Positions 50,445-63,440 of a stretch of DNA of 64,000 nucleotides are shown piece after piece; within the stretch, counting starts at the first letter, position 1; each line of letters opens with the position of its first letter. The position numbers and the translations under genes were made by a program. The DNA lies in the NCBI GenBank assembly GCA_950097015.1, contig CATNEN010000038.1, positions 14,198,001 through 14,262,000 of the forward strand. The letters are read 5' to 3'. The stretch is from Macrostomum hystrix (lineage: Eukaryota; Animalia; Platyhelminthes). The notes under the pieces are model-generated. The model was not told the origin of the DNA, ran no database searches, and saw only the letters and a program-made list of their open reading frames with translations.

Positions 50445-52254
50445 GTTTGCACAAGCAGAGAGCGAAAAATCAGGGTGAAAAATTTCTTGCTCACACCTTT
50501 TATACCTATTTATGTAATATATATTGTTTTTGCGCAGACAATGGCTAAATGAGAAGGGTGTTCGTCTGAAGCGTCTCTAGGTAAAAACTGTACAACAGCT
50601 TTCTATAGCAATAAATGAGATCCAATGAGAAAGCTGGTCTTGCGGTAAATAGGAGCAGCTGAGCAAAAAGGCGCAGCAGCATTGTCTTTGGAGGAGGAGT
50701 TGAATAGGTGAAGAATTTCTAACTCAATTTAGAATTGCATGAGTCTAACTAAAGTTGAAGTCGTTCTTGCGCATCTATTTAAAACGCACCCAACGACGAG
50801 TCTGGAAAATAGCCCCCACAAGCAAGCCTGCTGGTGTGGGCCTCAGTTCTCACATATAGAGAAGCGCGTAGTTATGTATTGGTTTGTCTCTCGAAGCGTC
50901 TACTTATTTATAAATATGACAAGTTTCTATGCATAAAAATACCGTCTTGTAAAAAACATAGTACAGTTTTCACCACATAGTTTTCATATAGTTTTCATCT
51001 TGGTATAGTATAGTTTGCTAGAAACATAACTAGAAACTATACTAGAAACATAGTATAGTTTTCACCACGTAGGGTGGGTGATCTACCAAGCGACAAGTAT
51101 TACTCTAAACACAAATCCACCGGATACAACCCCCAGGTTAGATAAGTCCTGTACAGTTAGCTATTGGATCCCCCAACAGGAGGGACACATAACCGAGAAC
51201 CGACCGCAGTTAACCGACAGCGCAACGTCGGCCGCCCGTGGCCAGCCTCGTTTGTGGACGAGCTGCGTTCCGCCGCAACCAACCGGTTGTACTCTTTCGT
51301 ATTTATAACTCCATACAGATCTTTTTAACTCATGCCTTTCGAAAACAGTTTTGTCCGAAATGAGTAAATCAAAGCTCAACGAGTTAGACTTCACCTTCCG
51401 TAATAAAAAAGATTGATTTGGTGAATTACTGAAAAAAACAAAAATGTATAGAGATCGAGCTAAATTTATTGTGTTTAACGTTTTTAGCGCGTGACTGCTT
51501 TTAGGGATTGAACAAGTTCTTTGACATCCTATAGGCGGTGCATCTTCATCTAGACATCTGTTGATCGCCTGTTAAATGACATTCACAGAATTCCCTCTAA
51601 TTTAGGTATTGTTTGCTAGCGAAATGCAGCATTGAAGTTCTGGTGGCCCGGTTTAGACGACCCATCGTTCCCCTAGCTCAACCCTGACCTCATCAACATG
51701 GAGACTCAAAATTAGACAATGATCTAGGCCATCGCATCGAACAACAACAGCAACAACCATACTTTCCCAATTACTTATTAGAGTTCTGTCAAGCCATAAA
51801 TCACGTCATAATATCCGCCCGCGGCTACTGCACCTGTCACGATTTGCTGGGCTTCTCGTTGCGTCTCCGCTGCAGCCAATCAGCCTGAGCAGCTAGAAGG
51901 CTGGCTGTCATCATCTTTGAGCAGGATGAGTACTCCCAGTTGGAGCCGGCCTGCAGTGATTTTCCGTTCGCGCCATGGTTGGCATCGATTCTCTTCTTTC
52001 GCCAAACACTCGTTGATATCAGTTCTGGGGTGCAGTCGTGGTATGAAAACTCGGCAGTTTTTCTATTACTAGACTTTTTCTGGCTCATTTTTTAGCACAC
52101 AATGCATTGCCGAAAAAAGCTATATGCAAATAAAAGCCATTGAACTAAATAGGGGGCAAGTAATCGACGCACTCAGCAAAAAAATACCATAGACGAAAGC
52201 GATCAAGTTGGGCAAAACGTGCTTTTTTGCTTCTCAAGCCGCTTCTCTACAACA

Positions 52255-52862
52255 CAGCGAATTAGCGGCCATCAACATGCGACCCGAAAGTGGACATCTT
52301 GTCAAAGATCGTGCTATCAACACCAGCTGGCAGCTGGAACAGGTGTTTATCCAACGCCAAGAAGTTCCCTGCAAAGTCCGTCACCTTCATGGACATCGGC
52401 TGCAACATCGGCGTCTACACGCTCCAGGCCAGAGAGGCTGGCATCCCAACGGTGGCAGTGGATGCGAACATCAGGAACCTGATCCGAATTCGCATGTGCG
52501 CCAACGACATGGGCTGGGAATCCGATGGCAATCTCAAGCTGATGTGGATGTACTTCCACGATTCCGTGTCGCTGCAGTACCTCAACTTCGGTACCAGCAT
52601 GTGCAACGTTGGTGGCGGTGGATCCACCAAGGACGTCATAACCGACACGATCCCCGTGATGACTGGCAGGGCTGACGACCTCCTGAGCAGCGTCACCACG
52701 GATCTGGTGGTCATGAAGTTCGACATCGAGACCAGCGAGTACGCCTTCTCGACGTGACAGGCATTGTTCAATAAGAAGAAAGTCATTGCCGTGCAGATGT
52801 TTGTTGACTCGGACAGCATCTGGAACGACTTTGTTGGAGTCGTGCTCAACGGGCCTCCGTAG
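52255..52862 (+). pseudogene. Decayed FkbM-like methyltransferase MT4
   Basis: Core KKFPAKSVTFMDIGCNIG...VVMKFDIETSEY is near-identical to MT3. No TM or start, several small deletions, and a premature TGA at 52755-52757. Confidence 0.85.
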
Positions 52863-53636
52863 TTAAAAAATTGGAGACCAAGCCCTTTCATGTGCCACCG
52901 TTTTTCGGTGGGGCCAGAGCAGCCTTGATGACGAGCCTCGGTTACGACGTCCAGCTTCCGCTGTCACGGACGAAAACATCGCTACTGTCCGGAGAATGAT
53001 CGACGAAGACCGGCGAGTGACCTGTGCCGAGATCAGAGAGGCTCTTGGCATTGGATCGGCAGCGGTTACGACCATCCTACACAACAAGCTGGGAGCCTCC
53101 AAGCGATGTGCCCGATGGGTGCCCCACAACCTGACGGAGGACCAGAAAGCGGAGAGGGTGCGTTGGTGCGAATTCATGCTCGAAAGATTCGACTCTGGCA
53201 CCTCGAAGCGATGCTAGAAGATTGCCACCAGGCGATGAAACCTGGGTCTACCAGTACGACCCGGAAACCAAGCAGCAGTCAGCAGTTTGGCTCCTTCCGG
53301 ATGATGCCACTCCAACGAAGGTCAAGCGGGCCTGCAGCGTCGGGAAGCAGATAGTGGCGACTTTCTTCAGCCTGGCTGGTCACCTGGCGACTGTAGCGCT
53401 CCAAGAGAGGCGTACAGTCAATGCCGACTAGTATATCAACCAGTGCCTGCCGCTGGTGTTCGATGCGTGGCGCAGACACCGGCCGCGCACCGGACTTTGT
53501 GGCCTTCTGCTGCACCACGACAATGCCAGTGCGCACACGGCTGCTGCAACATTGGCATATCTGACCGAGAATGGAGTCCAGCTGGTGACGCATCCTGCAT
53601 ATTTGCCCGACCCTGCACCCTGCGACTTTTTTCTTG
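52863..53636 (+). mobile_element. Mariner (D,D34D) transposase pseudogene fragment
   Basis: RWVPHNL, GDETWVYQYDPETKQQS, LHHDNASAH and HPAYLPDPAPCDFFL; stops and frameshifts. Confidence 0.92.
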
Positions 53637-54239
53637 TTTTTCTTTGTTTTTGTTTTGATGCATCTAAAAACTTTCAGTACCCCTCCTCGTCCTCCTCCTC
53701 CTCCTCCTCCTCCTCCTTCAACATCTGGCAAATCACACTGCGACTCAATCTGCAATTCCCAGCTGAAATTCTAGCGCCGATTTCACAGGTAATTCCCAGT
53801 TTTCATAAAAATTTCGTACAAAAAAGAATAACTTAAAAAAAAAGAAAAAAGTTTTATATAGTTTCTTCTGAACGTCAAATACTCGTACAATAAGCCGCTT
53901 AAATTTTTTTCACCTATGCCTACATTTATTTTTGGCATTTAAACGTAGCATACTAAATAAATAACATAGCATTAACTAGCACATTTAGAAATGCGTGATA
54001 AATGTCGAAATCGAATAAAATTTTTAACCTTAGTTAAAATAGAAAAACAAATATATTTTCTGATTTCTACGATTCAAAGCAATAAAATGCGTTAAGTCCC
54101 TACGTTGAAGCCTTAAAAAGTACTATTATATTCTAAGGAACCTTAGCCTTAGCCCTACATTTAGGTCTCTCAACCTTACAAATCGAGAATATTACGAGTA
54201 TTTCATAAAAGTACCATAAAATTTAAGACAACACTATCT

Positions 54240-54640
54240 AGGACTTAAAATTTCTTCGAAATCGGAGTCTAAAAAATCGTGATCTTAAAGTTAAAGTTTC
54301 TAAGAAATCGTGATTTTAAAGTTGAACATTCTAATAAATCAAGAACTTAAAGTTTACCGCTCTAAGAAATCGGTATCCTATAGTAGAATATTCTATGAAA
54401 TCACGGTCCTAAAGTAGAAAATTCTAAGAAATCGCGATCCTAAAGTTTAAAATTCTAAGAAATCGCTATCCTAAAGTTGAAAATTCTAAGAAATCGCGAT
54501 TCTAAAGTTGAAAATTCTAAGAAATCGCGATCCTAAATGTGACAACTCTAGGAAATCGTGATCGTAAAGTTAAACATTTTAAAATATCGCGAAGTTTGAA
54601 GTTTAACATTCTAAGAAATCGTGATTTTTTAGTTTTATAT
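54240..54640. repeat. Degenerate 31-bp tandem repeat (TTCTAAGAAATCGCGATCCTAAAGTTGAAAA)
   Basis: 31-nt periodicity downstream of TP53RK. Confidence 0.82.
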
Positions 54641-54775
54641 GTAAATAAATCACGTTCCATGCGTCAAGAAGTCACGCTTTCTTGAAATTTGCGTTTTTTA
54701 AACTCTTAGATTCCAAGAAAAATTACAATGTCAAAGTCAGGAAGTTAGTCGGCGAAAAATGCTCATTGAACAGTC

Positions 54776-56386
54776 TCAACCAATCATGAGCCGTTTCCGA
54801 CCTCTGGCCCGCACATCTTCCAGCTTTCTGAGCACAATCTTTCCCTGTTTGTTGTGCCGCCTGTAGCTGTCAAGCACGGTGGCAAACTGGGCCTCCGTGT
54901 TGGGATGCGAGCTGATAAATGCCCGCTCCAGAACATACAGATCAACAGCTTTGTCTTCAACTTCCGCCGAGATAAACGATAATCCGAAATCAATCATGGC
55001 TATGCTAGTCCAGTTGGGCAGGTCGCTGTCCGGATATCCAGCTGGCTGATCGGACATTGTGAGCAGCATATTGGAGGTGGTCAAGTCTCCATGCACAATG
55101 TTTGCCGAGTGCATTGTGGCCAGGGTGTGACCGAGGCCCTGGGTTAGCTGCGGATGTGATATTTGAGTTCGGTTGAGGCGTGTCGACAAGGTGAGAGGAT
55201 AGTAGATTGGGGTATAGAAGCAGAGAGAGGCTAGGCTTCCTGATTCTGTCTTATCTGAAGCTTCTATTAGAAGCAAATATGCTTCTATTTTATATTATAA
55301 GCCATCTGAGCGCCAATTGACCTTATTCAGCGCAGCGTCTCTCGTCACAACCTCCTGACACCCGATGGCACGGTTGACAAACTCGCGCACAGTCAGGCTG
55401 CCCGGGATGAACTCCAGGAAGAGGCGCCGGCGAGACAGGTCGACGTGGAACACAGCAGGAACTCGAATACCGGCCCTGTGCGGGAGAGCAGCAACTCCGG
55501 ACTCAGATCAGTTGGGATTTGGGTCACTAGGGATCTAGGATTATCGGTGTCGAGGATTATCGGTGTCAAGGCTTATAGGAGTCTAGGATTATCGAGATGT
55601 AGGATTATCAGGATGTAGGATTATCGGGATGTAGGATTATCGGGGTTTAGGATTATCGGGATCAATAGGATTATCGGGATCTAGGATCATCGGGATCAAT
55701 AGGATTATCGGGATCTAGGATTTTCAGGATGAAGGATTATCGAGATGTAGGATAATCGAGATGTAGGATTATCAGGATGTAGGATTATCTGGATGTAGGA
55801 TTAGCTGGATGTAGGATTATCTGGATCAAGGATTATCGGGATCTAGGATTATCGGGATCTAGGATTATCGGAATCTAGGATTATTTGGATCAAGGATTAT
55901 CGGATATAGGATTATCCGGAACAAGGATTATCGGATCTAGGATTATCGGAATCTAGGATTATCCGGATCAAGGATTATCGGATCTAGGATTATCAGAATC
56001 CAGGATTATCCGGATCAAGGATTATCGGATCTAGGATTATCGGAATCTAGGATTATCCGGATCAAGGATTATCGGATCTAGGATTATCGGATCTAGGATT
56101 ATCGGAATCCAGGATTATCGTGAAACCTTCTGTACTTGTCAATCGCAGATGCATTCAACAATGATTACCTGCGACACCTCAGTAGGCTCTTGACTTCGCT
56201 CTTAGTTCGCTCCTTTGCCAGATGATCGTCTAGCTGCGCGTGTCTGTATCGTTTCACAAAGCGCTCCTTGATGATGGCCGACCGACCGTAGAAATCGGCG
56301 ACAAAAATGCGAGCCTCCGCGCCCTGTTGAATTAGGCGGAGATCCTGAAGGCCGCCTGCGGCCTCGGCTGTTGAAAATTCGGTCAT
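54776..56386 (-). CDS. TP53RK: TP53-regulating kinase / Bud32 (KEOPS complex), 3 exons, ~247 aa
   Basis: Exons 56386-56169, 55475-55322 and 55147-54776 (phases 2,0). QGAEAR, KERFVKRYRH, HGDLTTSN, IDFGLS, EDKAVDLYVLERAF, VRARGRKRLMIG. Confidence 0.95.
55525..56120. repeat. 15-16-bp minisatellite (GGATTATCGGGATCTA) in TP53RK intron 1
   Basis: Direct tandem periodicity. Confidence 0.9.
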
Positions 56387-56474
56387 TGTCTGAGGGTCCG
56401 GGATGTTGTCAATGTGCTACAGTTCCAGCAGGACTGGAGAATTGTAACAATCTAAAATGCTAGCTAAACTGACC

Positions 56475-57340
56475 TTGGGTGAGATTTTGAATCTAGCCAA
56501 TCTGACTTTGGGTGAGATTTTGAATCTAGCCAATCTGACATTAGGGTGAGATTTTGAATCTAGCCAATCTGACATTAGGGTGAGATTTTGAATCTAGTCA
56601 ATCTGACATTAGGGTGAGATTTTGAATCTAGCCAATCTGACATTAGGGTGAGATTTTGAATCTAGCCAATCTGACATTAGGGTGAGATTTTGAATCTAGT
56701 CAATCTGACATTGGGGTGAGATTTTGAATCTAGCCAATCTGACATTGGGTGAGATTTTGAATCTAGCCAATCTGACTTTGGGTGAGATTTTGAATCTAGC
56801 CAATCTGACATTGGGGTGAGATTTTGAATCTAGCCAATCTGATTTTGGGTGAGATTTTGAATCTAGCCAATCCGACTTTGGGTGAGATTTTGAATCTAGC
56901 CAATCCGACTTTGGATTGAGATTTTGAATCTAGCCAATCTGACTTTGGGTGAGATTTTGAATCTAGCCAATCTGACTTTGGGTGAGATTTTGAATCTAGC
57001 CAATCCGACTTTGGATTGAGATTTTGAATCTAGCCAATCTGACTTTGGGTGAGATTTTGAATCTAGCCAATCTGACTTTGGGTGAGATTTTGAATCTAGC
57101 CAATCCGATTTTGGGTGAGATTTTGAATCTAGCCAATCTGACTTTGGGTGAGATTTTGAATCTAGCCAATCTGACATTGGGGTGAGATTTTGAATCTAGC
57201 CAATCTGATTTTGGATTGAGATTTTGAATCTAGCCAATCTGATTTTGGATTAAGATTTTGAATCTAGTCAATCTGACATTGGGTGAGATTTTGAATCTAG
57301 TCAATCTGACATTGGGTGAGATTTTGAATCTAGCCAATCT
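56475..57340. repeat. 33-34-bp minisatellite (GGGTGAGATTTTGAATCTAGCCAATCTGACTTT)
   Basis: Tandem units immediately upstream of TP53RK. Confidence 0.94.
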
Positions 57341-57711
57341 AATATTATACTGAGACGGTACAGTAAGACAATGAAAGACAACCATAGTCTAGTCGAAAAA
57401 AACCATCAAAAGTAAAAATAAAAACCTGGAAACGCATCCTGTTATTTAATAGATTTGACATTTTGATAGAGTGAACGGTGTATTTATGATAGATTTAGTA
57501 CTTACAAAGCCTTCATAATAGAGCTTCTTGTACCTTCTTGTTTGTTAGGAGTGTGTTAAAAACAACAAAAAAGAAAACATAACTGCCTAAGAAAAATGTT
57601 GTGTTCAGCTGAAGAGGATTTTAATAAACTTCGGTGACTATACAAAGAAATAAGAAATGTGAAAATATTTACAAATTGCTGGATAAAATAATGTCATTCT
57701 CATTAGTCAGA

Positions 57712-58350
57712 CAAAGGGGAAGAGGATAGAGGCACTGGGGAAAGGGGAAGAGGATAGAGACACTGGGGAAATGGGAAGAGGAAAGAGACAGTGGGGAAAG
57801 GGGAAAAGGATATAGACACTGGGGAAACGGGAAGAGGATAGAGACAGTGGGGAAAGGGGAAAAGGATATAGACACTGGGGAAATGGGAAGAGTATAGAGA
57901 CAGTGGGGAAAAGGGGAAGAGGATAGAGACACTGGGGAAAGGGGAAAAGGATATAGACAGTTTGGGAGAAGAGGAAGAGGATAGAGACACTGGGGAAATG
58001 GGAAGAGGATAGAGACAGTGGGGAAAAGGGGAAGAGGATAGAGACAGTGGGGAAAAGGGGAAGAGGATATAGACAGTTTGGGAGAAGAGGAAGAGGATAG
58101 AGAAACTGGGGAAAGGGGGGAAGAGGATAGAGATAGGGGGAGAAGGGGAAGAGGATAGAGACACTGGGGAAATGGGAAGAGTATAGAGACAGTGGGGAAA
58201 GGGGAAAAGGATATAGACACTGGGGAAATGGGAAGAGGATAGAGACACTGGGGAAATGGGAAGAGGATAGAGACACTGGGGAAATGGGAAGAGGATAGAG
58301 ATAGGGGGAGAAGGGGAAGAGGATAAAGACAGTGGGGAAAAGGGGAAGAT
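57712..58350. repeat. Purine-rich ~27-bp minisatellite (GAAGAGGATAGAGACACTGGGGAAAGGG)
   Basis: Degenerate tandem units; source of ORFs 57669-58276. Confidence 0.9.
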
Positions 58351-58940
58351 TAAAGACAGGATGAACGGAATTAAAAACGATGTGAAAAATTAAAAACTAA
58401 CAATGAGGAAACAAAAAAACGGAATATAAAAACGCACAGATCATTAATACAGACTACAAATACAGATTCATATTTACCGCTGAAATCTGGTGCACTATAC
58501 TCGTAGCCTTGCAAGGCTTTTAGTTTTAATTCTGCAAAGTAAAATCCAAAAGCAAAATAAAAAATCCTTTCTTTCCCAGGAAGCCCGATGAACTGTAAAA
58601 ACGGGTGGCACAAAATAATGAATGAATTACAGAAACAAAAATATTTAGCTGTGGAAGCATGCTGATTATAAATTGTGGAATTTTTCGTCCAGAAAAGAAA
58701 ACTATAAAAGTGGAAGACAAAAATTGAAAACCTACATTTTTTCGGTACGGGTTACTCGCAGTAAAACAAATTTTAAAAGTTAGCATGGCGCCAATTTAAA
58801 ACAAATCAAAACCAACCAGCAGAAACGATTGAATTTCTAGTTTACTGCACAGCTCTGTTCTGCACTAAATTATGTCCCATTTTCGTTGATGGAGTAAGTT
58901 CAGACGCTGCCGAGCGCTACTTCGTGCTGGCGCAACCACT

Positions 58941-61394
58941 TCACTTTCTGTTGACAACGGCAACTAAAACAGCAAAAAATCTGATGATCAGATGAAGGTG
59001 AGTCATAGATACTGAAGGATCAGATGAAGGTGAGCCATAGATACTGAAGGATCAGATGAAGGTCAGCCATAGATACTGAAGAATCAGATGAAGGTGAGCC
59101 ATAGATACTGAAGGATCAGATGAAGGTGAGCCATAGATACTGAAGGATCAGATGAAGGTGAGCCATAGATACTGAAGAATCAGATGAAGGTCAGCCATAG
59201 ATACTGAAGGATCAGATGAAGGTGAGCCATAGATACTGAAGGATCAGATGAAGGTGAGCCATAGATACTGAAGGATCAGATGAAGGTGAGCCATAGATAC
59301 TGAAGAATCAGATGAAGGTCAGCCATAGATACTGAAGGATCAGATGAAGGTGAGCCATAGATACTGAAGGATCAGATGAATGTGAGCCATAGATACTGAA
59401 GGATCAGATGAAGGTGAGTCATAGATACTGAAGGATCAGATGAAGGTGAGCCATAGATACTGAAGGATCAGATGAAGGTGAGCCATAGATACTGAAGGAT
59501 CAGATGAAGGTGAGCCATAGATACTGAAGGATCAGATGAAGGTGAGTCATAGATACTGAAGGATCAGATGAAGGTGAGCCATAGATACTGAAGGATCAGA
59601 TGAAGGTGAATGGAAAGTACACCGAAGAAAAACAATAAAAAAGGAACTCACCAATGATGATGATAATTATAATGCTAACAATCACACCAATGATGATCAT
59701 CATCTACAAAACAATATTTTTTAGGGTATCGTTAGTTTTTGCATTAATAAAAGTAGCAGAAAAGTATGTTCTAGATTTGTGTTAATAAAGAAAAAAAACC
59801 TAAACACACAAGCATCAAAGCCAATGAGTAAAAAAATGTCGTCCAAGAAAAAATGTTAAACCTTGACATTTTGCCAGAAGTATTTCCGACGAATTCTGGT
59901 TGTTGTGGCCATAAATTGTTGCGAGCCGATTGACAATTCAGCTGTGCAAATGGACGGTGAGGGCGCGTTAAAAAGCTCGTTACGGACTAGTGCATCCAGG
60001 GACAAATAAGGTCATTTGGGACTAGTGCATCCAGGGACAAATAGGGTCATTTGGGACTACTACATCCAGGGACAAATAAGGTCATTTGGGACTACTGCAT
60101 TCAGGGACAAATAAGGTCATTTGGGACTAGTGCATCCAGGGACAAATAAGGTCATTTGGGACTACTGCATCCAGGGACAAAGGTCGTTTATGACTAGTAG
60201 ATTTGGGGTCAAATAAGGTCATTGAGGACTAGTGGATCTGGGGTTAAATAAATTTCATTCAGGACTAGTGAATCCGGGATCATATATTGTCGCTTAGGAT
60301 TAGCAAATCAAAAAAGGTCATGCAATATTCTTGCACAACATAGAATAACAGATATTTTTTATAAGATCAAATAAAGTAAACTAAATTTAAGAGATGACTA
60401 TTTTACTTTTACTTGAGATGACCTTAAAACTAAATCTGCTTGACGCTCTGGCGCTTTGAATTGGCTTTTTTGCCGAATCAATTTTTCTACAATTAAAAAC
60501 GGCTAACCTCGAAATAATTGATTACAACAATAATCAACCATAGCGAATACAACACTAAAGATTGGCTAGATTTATTAACTACTAAAATACCTTGACATTT
60601 TTCCAGAAATATTTATTCTTTAATCGTCCGGCGCTTTCTTCGAATTGCGAAGCGCCAGTCTGTAGGGCGTCTAAATATAGTAACACATCTGCACGCTGTA
60701 GTCTTTGTCCTAATGTTACAGTCTTTATTACTGAAAGTAGCTATGTAAGAAAAACATGCTAAAAAATATGATTTTACCTGCTCGATCGTCCAAATTAGAG
60801 ATCTTGGCGTCTCGATCTAGCACTTTTTCAACGTTGACTCGCATTATGTCCACTACCTGGGCGGCAATTGGTGGTGACTAGCTTATATTTTACCGTGAAG
60901 AAAAATAAATTTAGTAAAAAACTGCTAAACGACACAGGCTTTGAGCAATGCAAAGCGCGTCGCTTCTACTTTTTACTTGCGTGTACAGCAGGTTAGTCCA
61001 TAGACTGGAGGGGCACTTACAACTACCGAGATTTATACCCCATCTGATAGTGGAATTGATTTTACAGCTTGGGTGAACATACTGATACTAGAGAATTAGT
61101 GAGTCGTTCTCATGAATATTCTATAGCAAAAAGCTAGCTAAATTTAATAAATAGCCAATGCCACAAGATGTCAATCTGAAACTACACAAAATCCTCACCT
61201 CATCCACTTGAGCCTGTGTTTGCTGAAGCCTCCTATTTGGCTGGTAGGCGGAGGACCTAGCAGTATCCTCAGGTCGGTTAGAGCTTGAAGACCAAATAAA
61301 ATGCAGTAAGAACAAAACATTAATATTTTTTAAAGAGAAGAAAAGCTTACATAGGAATTCCAGAAGATTGTGGAGGTGGTGGTAGAGCAGCCAT
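58941..61394 (-). CDS. Synaptobrevin/VAMP (R-SNARE, VAMP1/2/3-like), ~120 aa, with two alternative versions of exon 4
   Basis: Exons 61394-61351, 61283-61199 ([12 protein letters not shown]), 60856-60778 ([26 protein letters not shown]), 60670-60591 or 59941-59862, 59703-59652 (TM) and 58963-58941 (VAVVNRK*). All phases are consistent. Confidence 0.93.
58986..59610. repeat. 32-bp minisatellite (GATCAGATGAAGGTGAGCCATAGATACTGAAG) in the last VAMP intron
   Basis: Exact 32-nt period. Confidence 0.95.
59862..59941 (-). CDS. VAMP exon 4B (divergent alternative): [27 protein letters not shown]
   Basis: 80 nt; TTTGCACAG acceptor, GTTTAA donor; phase 1 to 0; open frame homologous to 4A. Confidence 0.78.
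59984..60275. repeat. 35-bp minisatellite between VAMP exons 4A and 4B
   Basis: (GGACTAGTGCATCCAGGGACAAATAAGGTCATTTG)n, decaying to the right. Confidence 0.88.
60591..60670 (-). CDS. VAMP exon 4A (canonical): [27 protein letters not shown]
   Basis: 80 nt; TTTAG acceptor, GTATTT donor; phase 1 to 0. Confidence 0.9.
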
Positions 61395-63224
61395 TGTCCA
61401 AATCTTTTTAAAGCTGTACAGTAGTTTCTTTATATTTTTAGACTTCTCTGAAATGAAAATTATAGTAAACTTTAAGCTGTTTTTAATTAATGGTTGCATT
61501 GCAGAACTTTTTTAAAAATGCGAACCTATTAAGTATTTTGGATAGATTTTCTTTGGTTTTTTTTGCAGAATTCTGTATTATGTCTTTTTTAATCTATACT
61601 CTTACAATTTAACTCATACAAAATTAAAAAACTAATTTCTTTAACTTGATGAAAACCATATCACTCCCAATATTTAAGAAAAACAATAGCAACAAAGGAC
61701 TGTCTAAGGCTCACTAAAAACAAAAACAGCAACTATAAGTATAGAACAAAAAACAAAAATATAATATTTTATAGTTAAAATACATGTATATATGTTCTTG
61801 TTATTTCAAGTCAACCAGACCCTAAATATAAAACGATTTTTAAAGGCAAAACTTAAAGCTTTAAAAGGAAAAATATCGCTTTTTATATACAAAAAGTCTA
61901 AACAGATATATTGGGTTCAAGTTGAACAGCATAAAGCCTTTTAGGATGAGTTTAATCTTGGATGTTGTCTTTGCAGATTAAATTTCAGCACTTAGCCTCT
62001 AGCTTAAAGGCACAAGCCATACACAAGCTGTAAAGTAGAATAGGCCTTATTGCTATTCAATGTGCTTCAGGCTTAAATAAATATTACTACTGTACTGATA
62101 TGAGAATATAATAACAACAGAATTAAAGGACCATATTTAGGTTCAAAGTTTATACATTTTTTACTCTTACTAGATATTGCAAACAAAAACTGGACCCTAT
62201 AGCTAGCCACGCTAGCGCTCATGTTTTCCGTCATAGTCAGTGTCTCAGGGGCAGTCACTGTAGCACCTGGAGCTGATAAAGTATAAAGCTAAATCTGTTT
62301 CCAAGAAAATCTTTTTTTGTGCTTCAGCATTCACGTTGTTAGTAAAGTTAAACAAATTATATGTCGTTTCTAGGAACTTAAGTCAATAATATTTTTGGAT
62401 TATTTATGTTATACAATTATTACCAATAAATTTAAAGCGGCCAAAGAATTCATAAATCACGACATAGACTGTCGCTATAGTTATTTTAGTTCGTGTTACT
62501 TTCTTAATAGAATAAACATGGGGCTTGTGGCCATCCAAGGATCAGTATTCGTGTAACTTATACTATTCTTATACTATGCTACAGTTATACTAACAGTGGT
62601 CCTTGTTGAAGCCATGGGCTTCGGACCCATGCGGCACCGCGGCACGTTGTTCCCGAAAAACGGAATAATAATAAGACACAAATTCAAGGACCATTGTGAT
62701 CGAATACTCTTAAATTGCATAACCTACTACTATGTGGTTTTCAGTAAACTATGCATCTGGAATTGATCATAAAAATATATAAACGAGGTTTATCTTTCTT
62801 GAATCCCACAACTCGTCTTTGATTCACATAAAAAGTGAAACCGTGTTCAGCTGAGTCTATATTGCAGGGCACAATATATAGCTGACATTCTTGATTGTAT
62901 TCCTCGGGTCCGGGACCCTGATGCGCGTGGTAGTCAATCCAAAGTCAGCCTATCTGAGTTGCAGTTTAGCCTTTTGAATATTTAAAAAACGTATTCTTTA
63001 AAAAAATAAAAAAAAATTACCATACCTTTTTTCTTCTTTAGCGACCTGAAAAGACTTTACTACTGTCAAACAGAGTATATACAGCCAAACGTAAAGTAAT
63101 AGCTAATAAAAAAAGTTGCAAAAGTTACAAATAATTTAACTACTTAGTGATGTTTATATAAAATTTTAAATAAAAACGTGAATGAATTCTCATCCGAATC
63201 GGAATCCTAGCTCCTCCAGATCCT

Positions 63225-63440
63225 TTGAAGGTCAGGGGTTCGATTTCGGACTCTAATTAGTCTAGTGCATCCAGATTCTGATAGAACTGTTTTGATAGAA
63301 CAGTTCGTGTCCTTTAGCAATGCAACTGAGCCTGCATAATGTTTCAGTTCATCCAGCTGTAAAATTGGTTCCATTTAGCTGAACTAATTAAGGGATAATT
63401 AAGGGTGCGTTGGTGTGGCGGTCCCATATTTATTATATTA
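63225..63440 (+). mobile_element. Degenerate SINE family 1 copy
   Basis: GAAGGTCAGGGGTTCGATT...GTGTCCTTTAGCAA...CAGTTCATCCAGCTGT. Confidence 0.65.

Noticed and set aside
12493-52862. Bacterial contamination as the source of the MT/GT cluster
   Set aside because: The GTs have spliceosomal introns, the genes have type II anchors, and they are interspersed with SINE families that also occur near the flanking animal genes.
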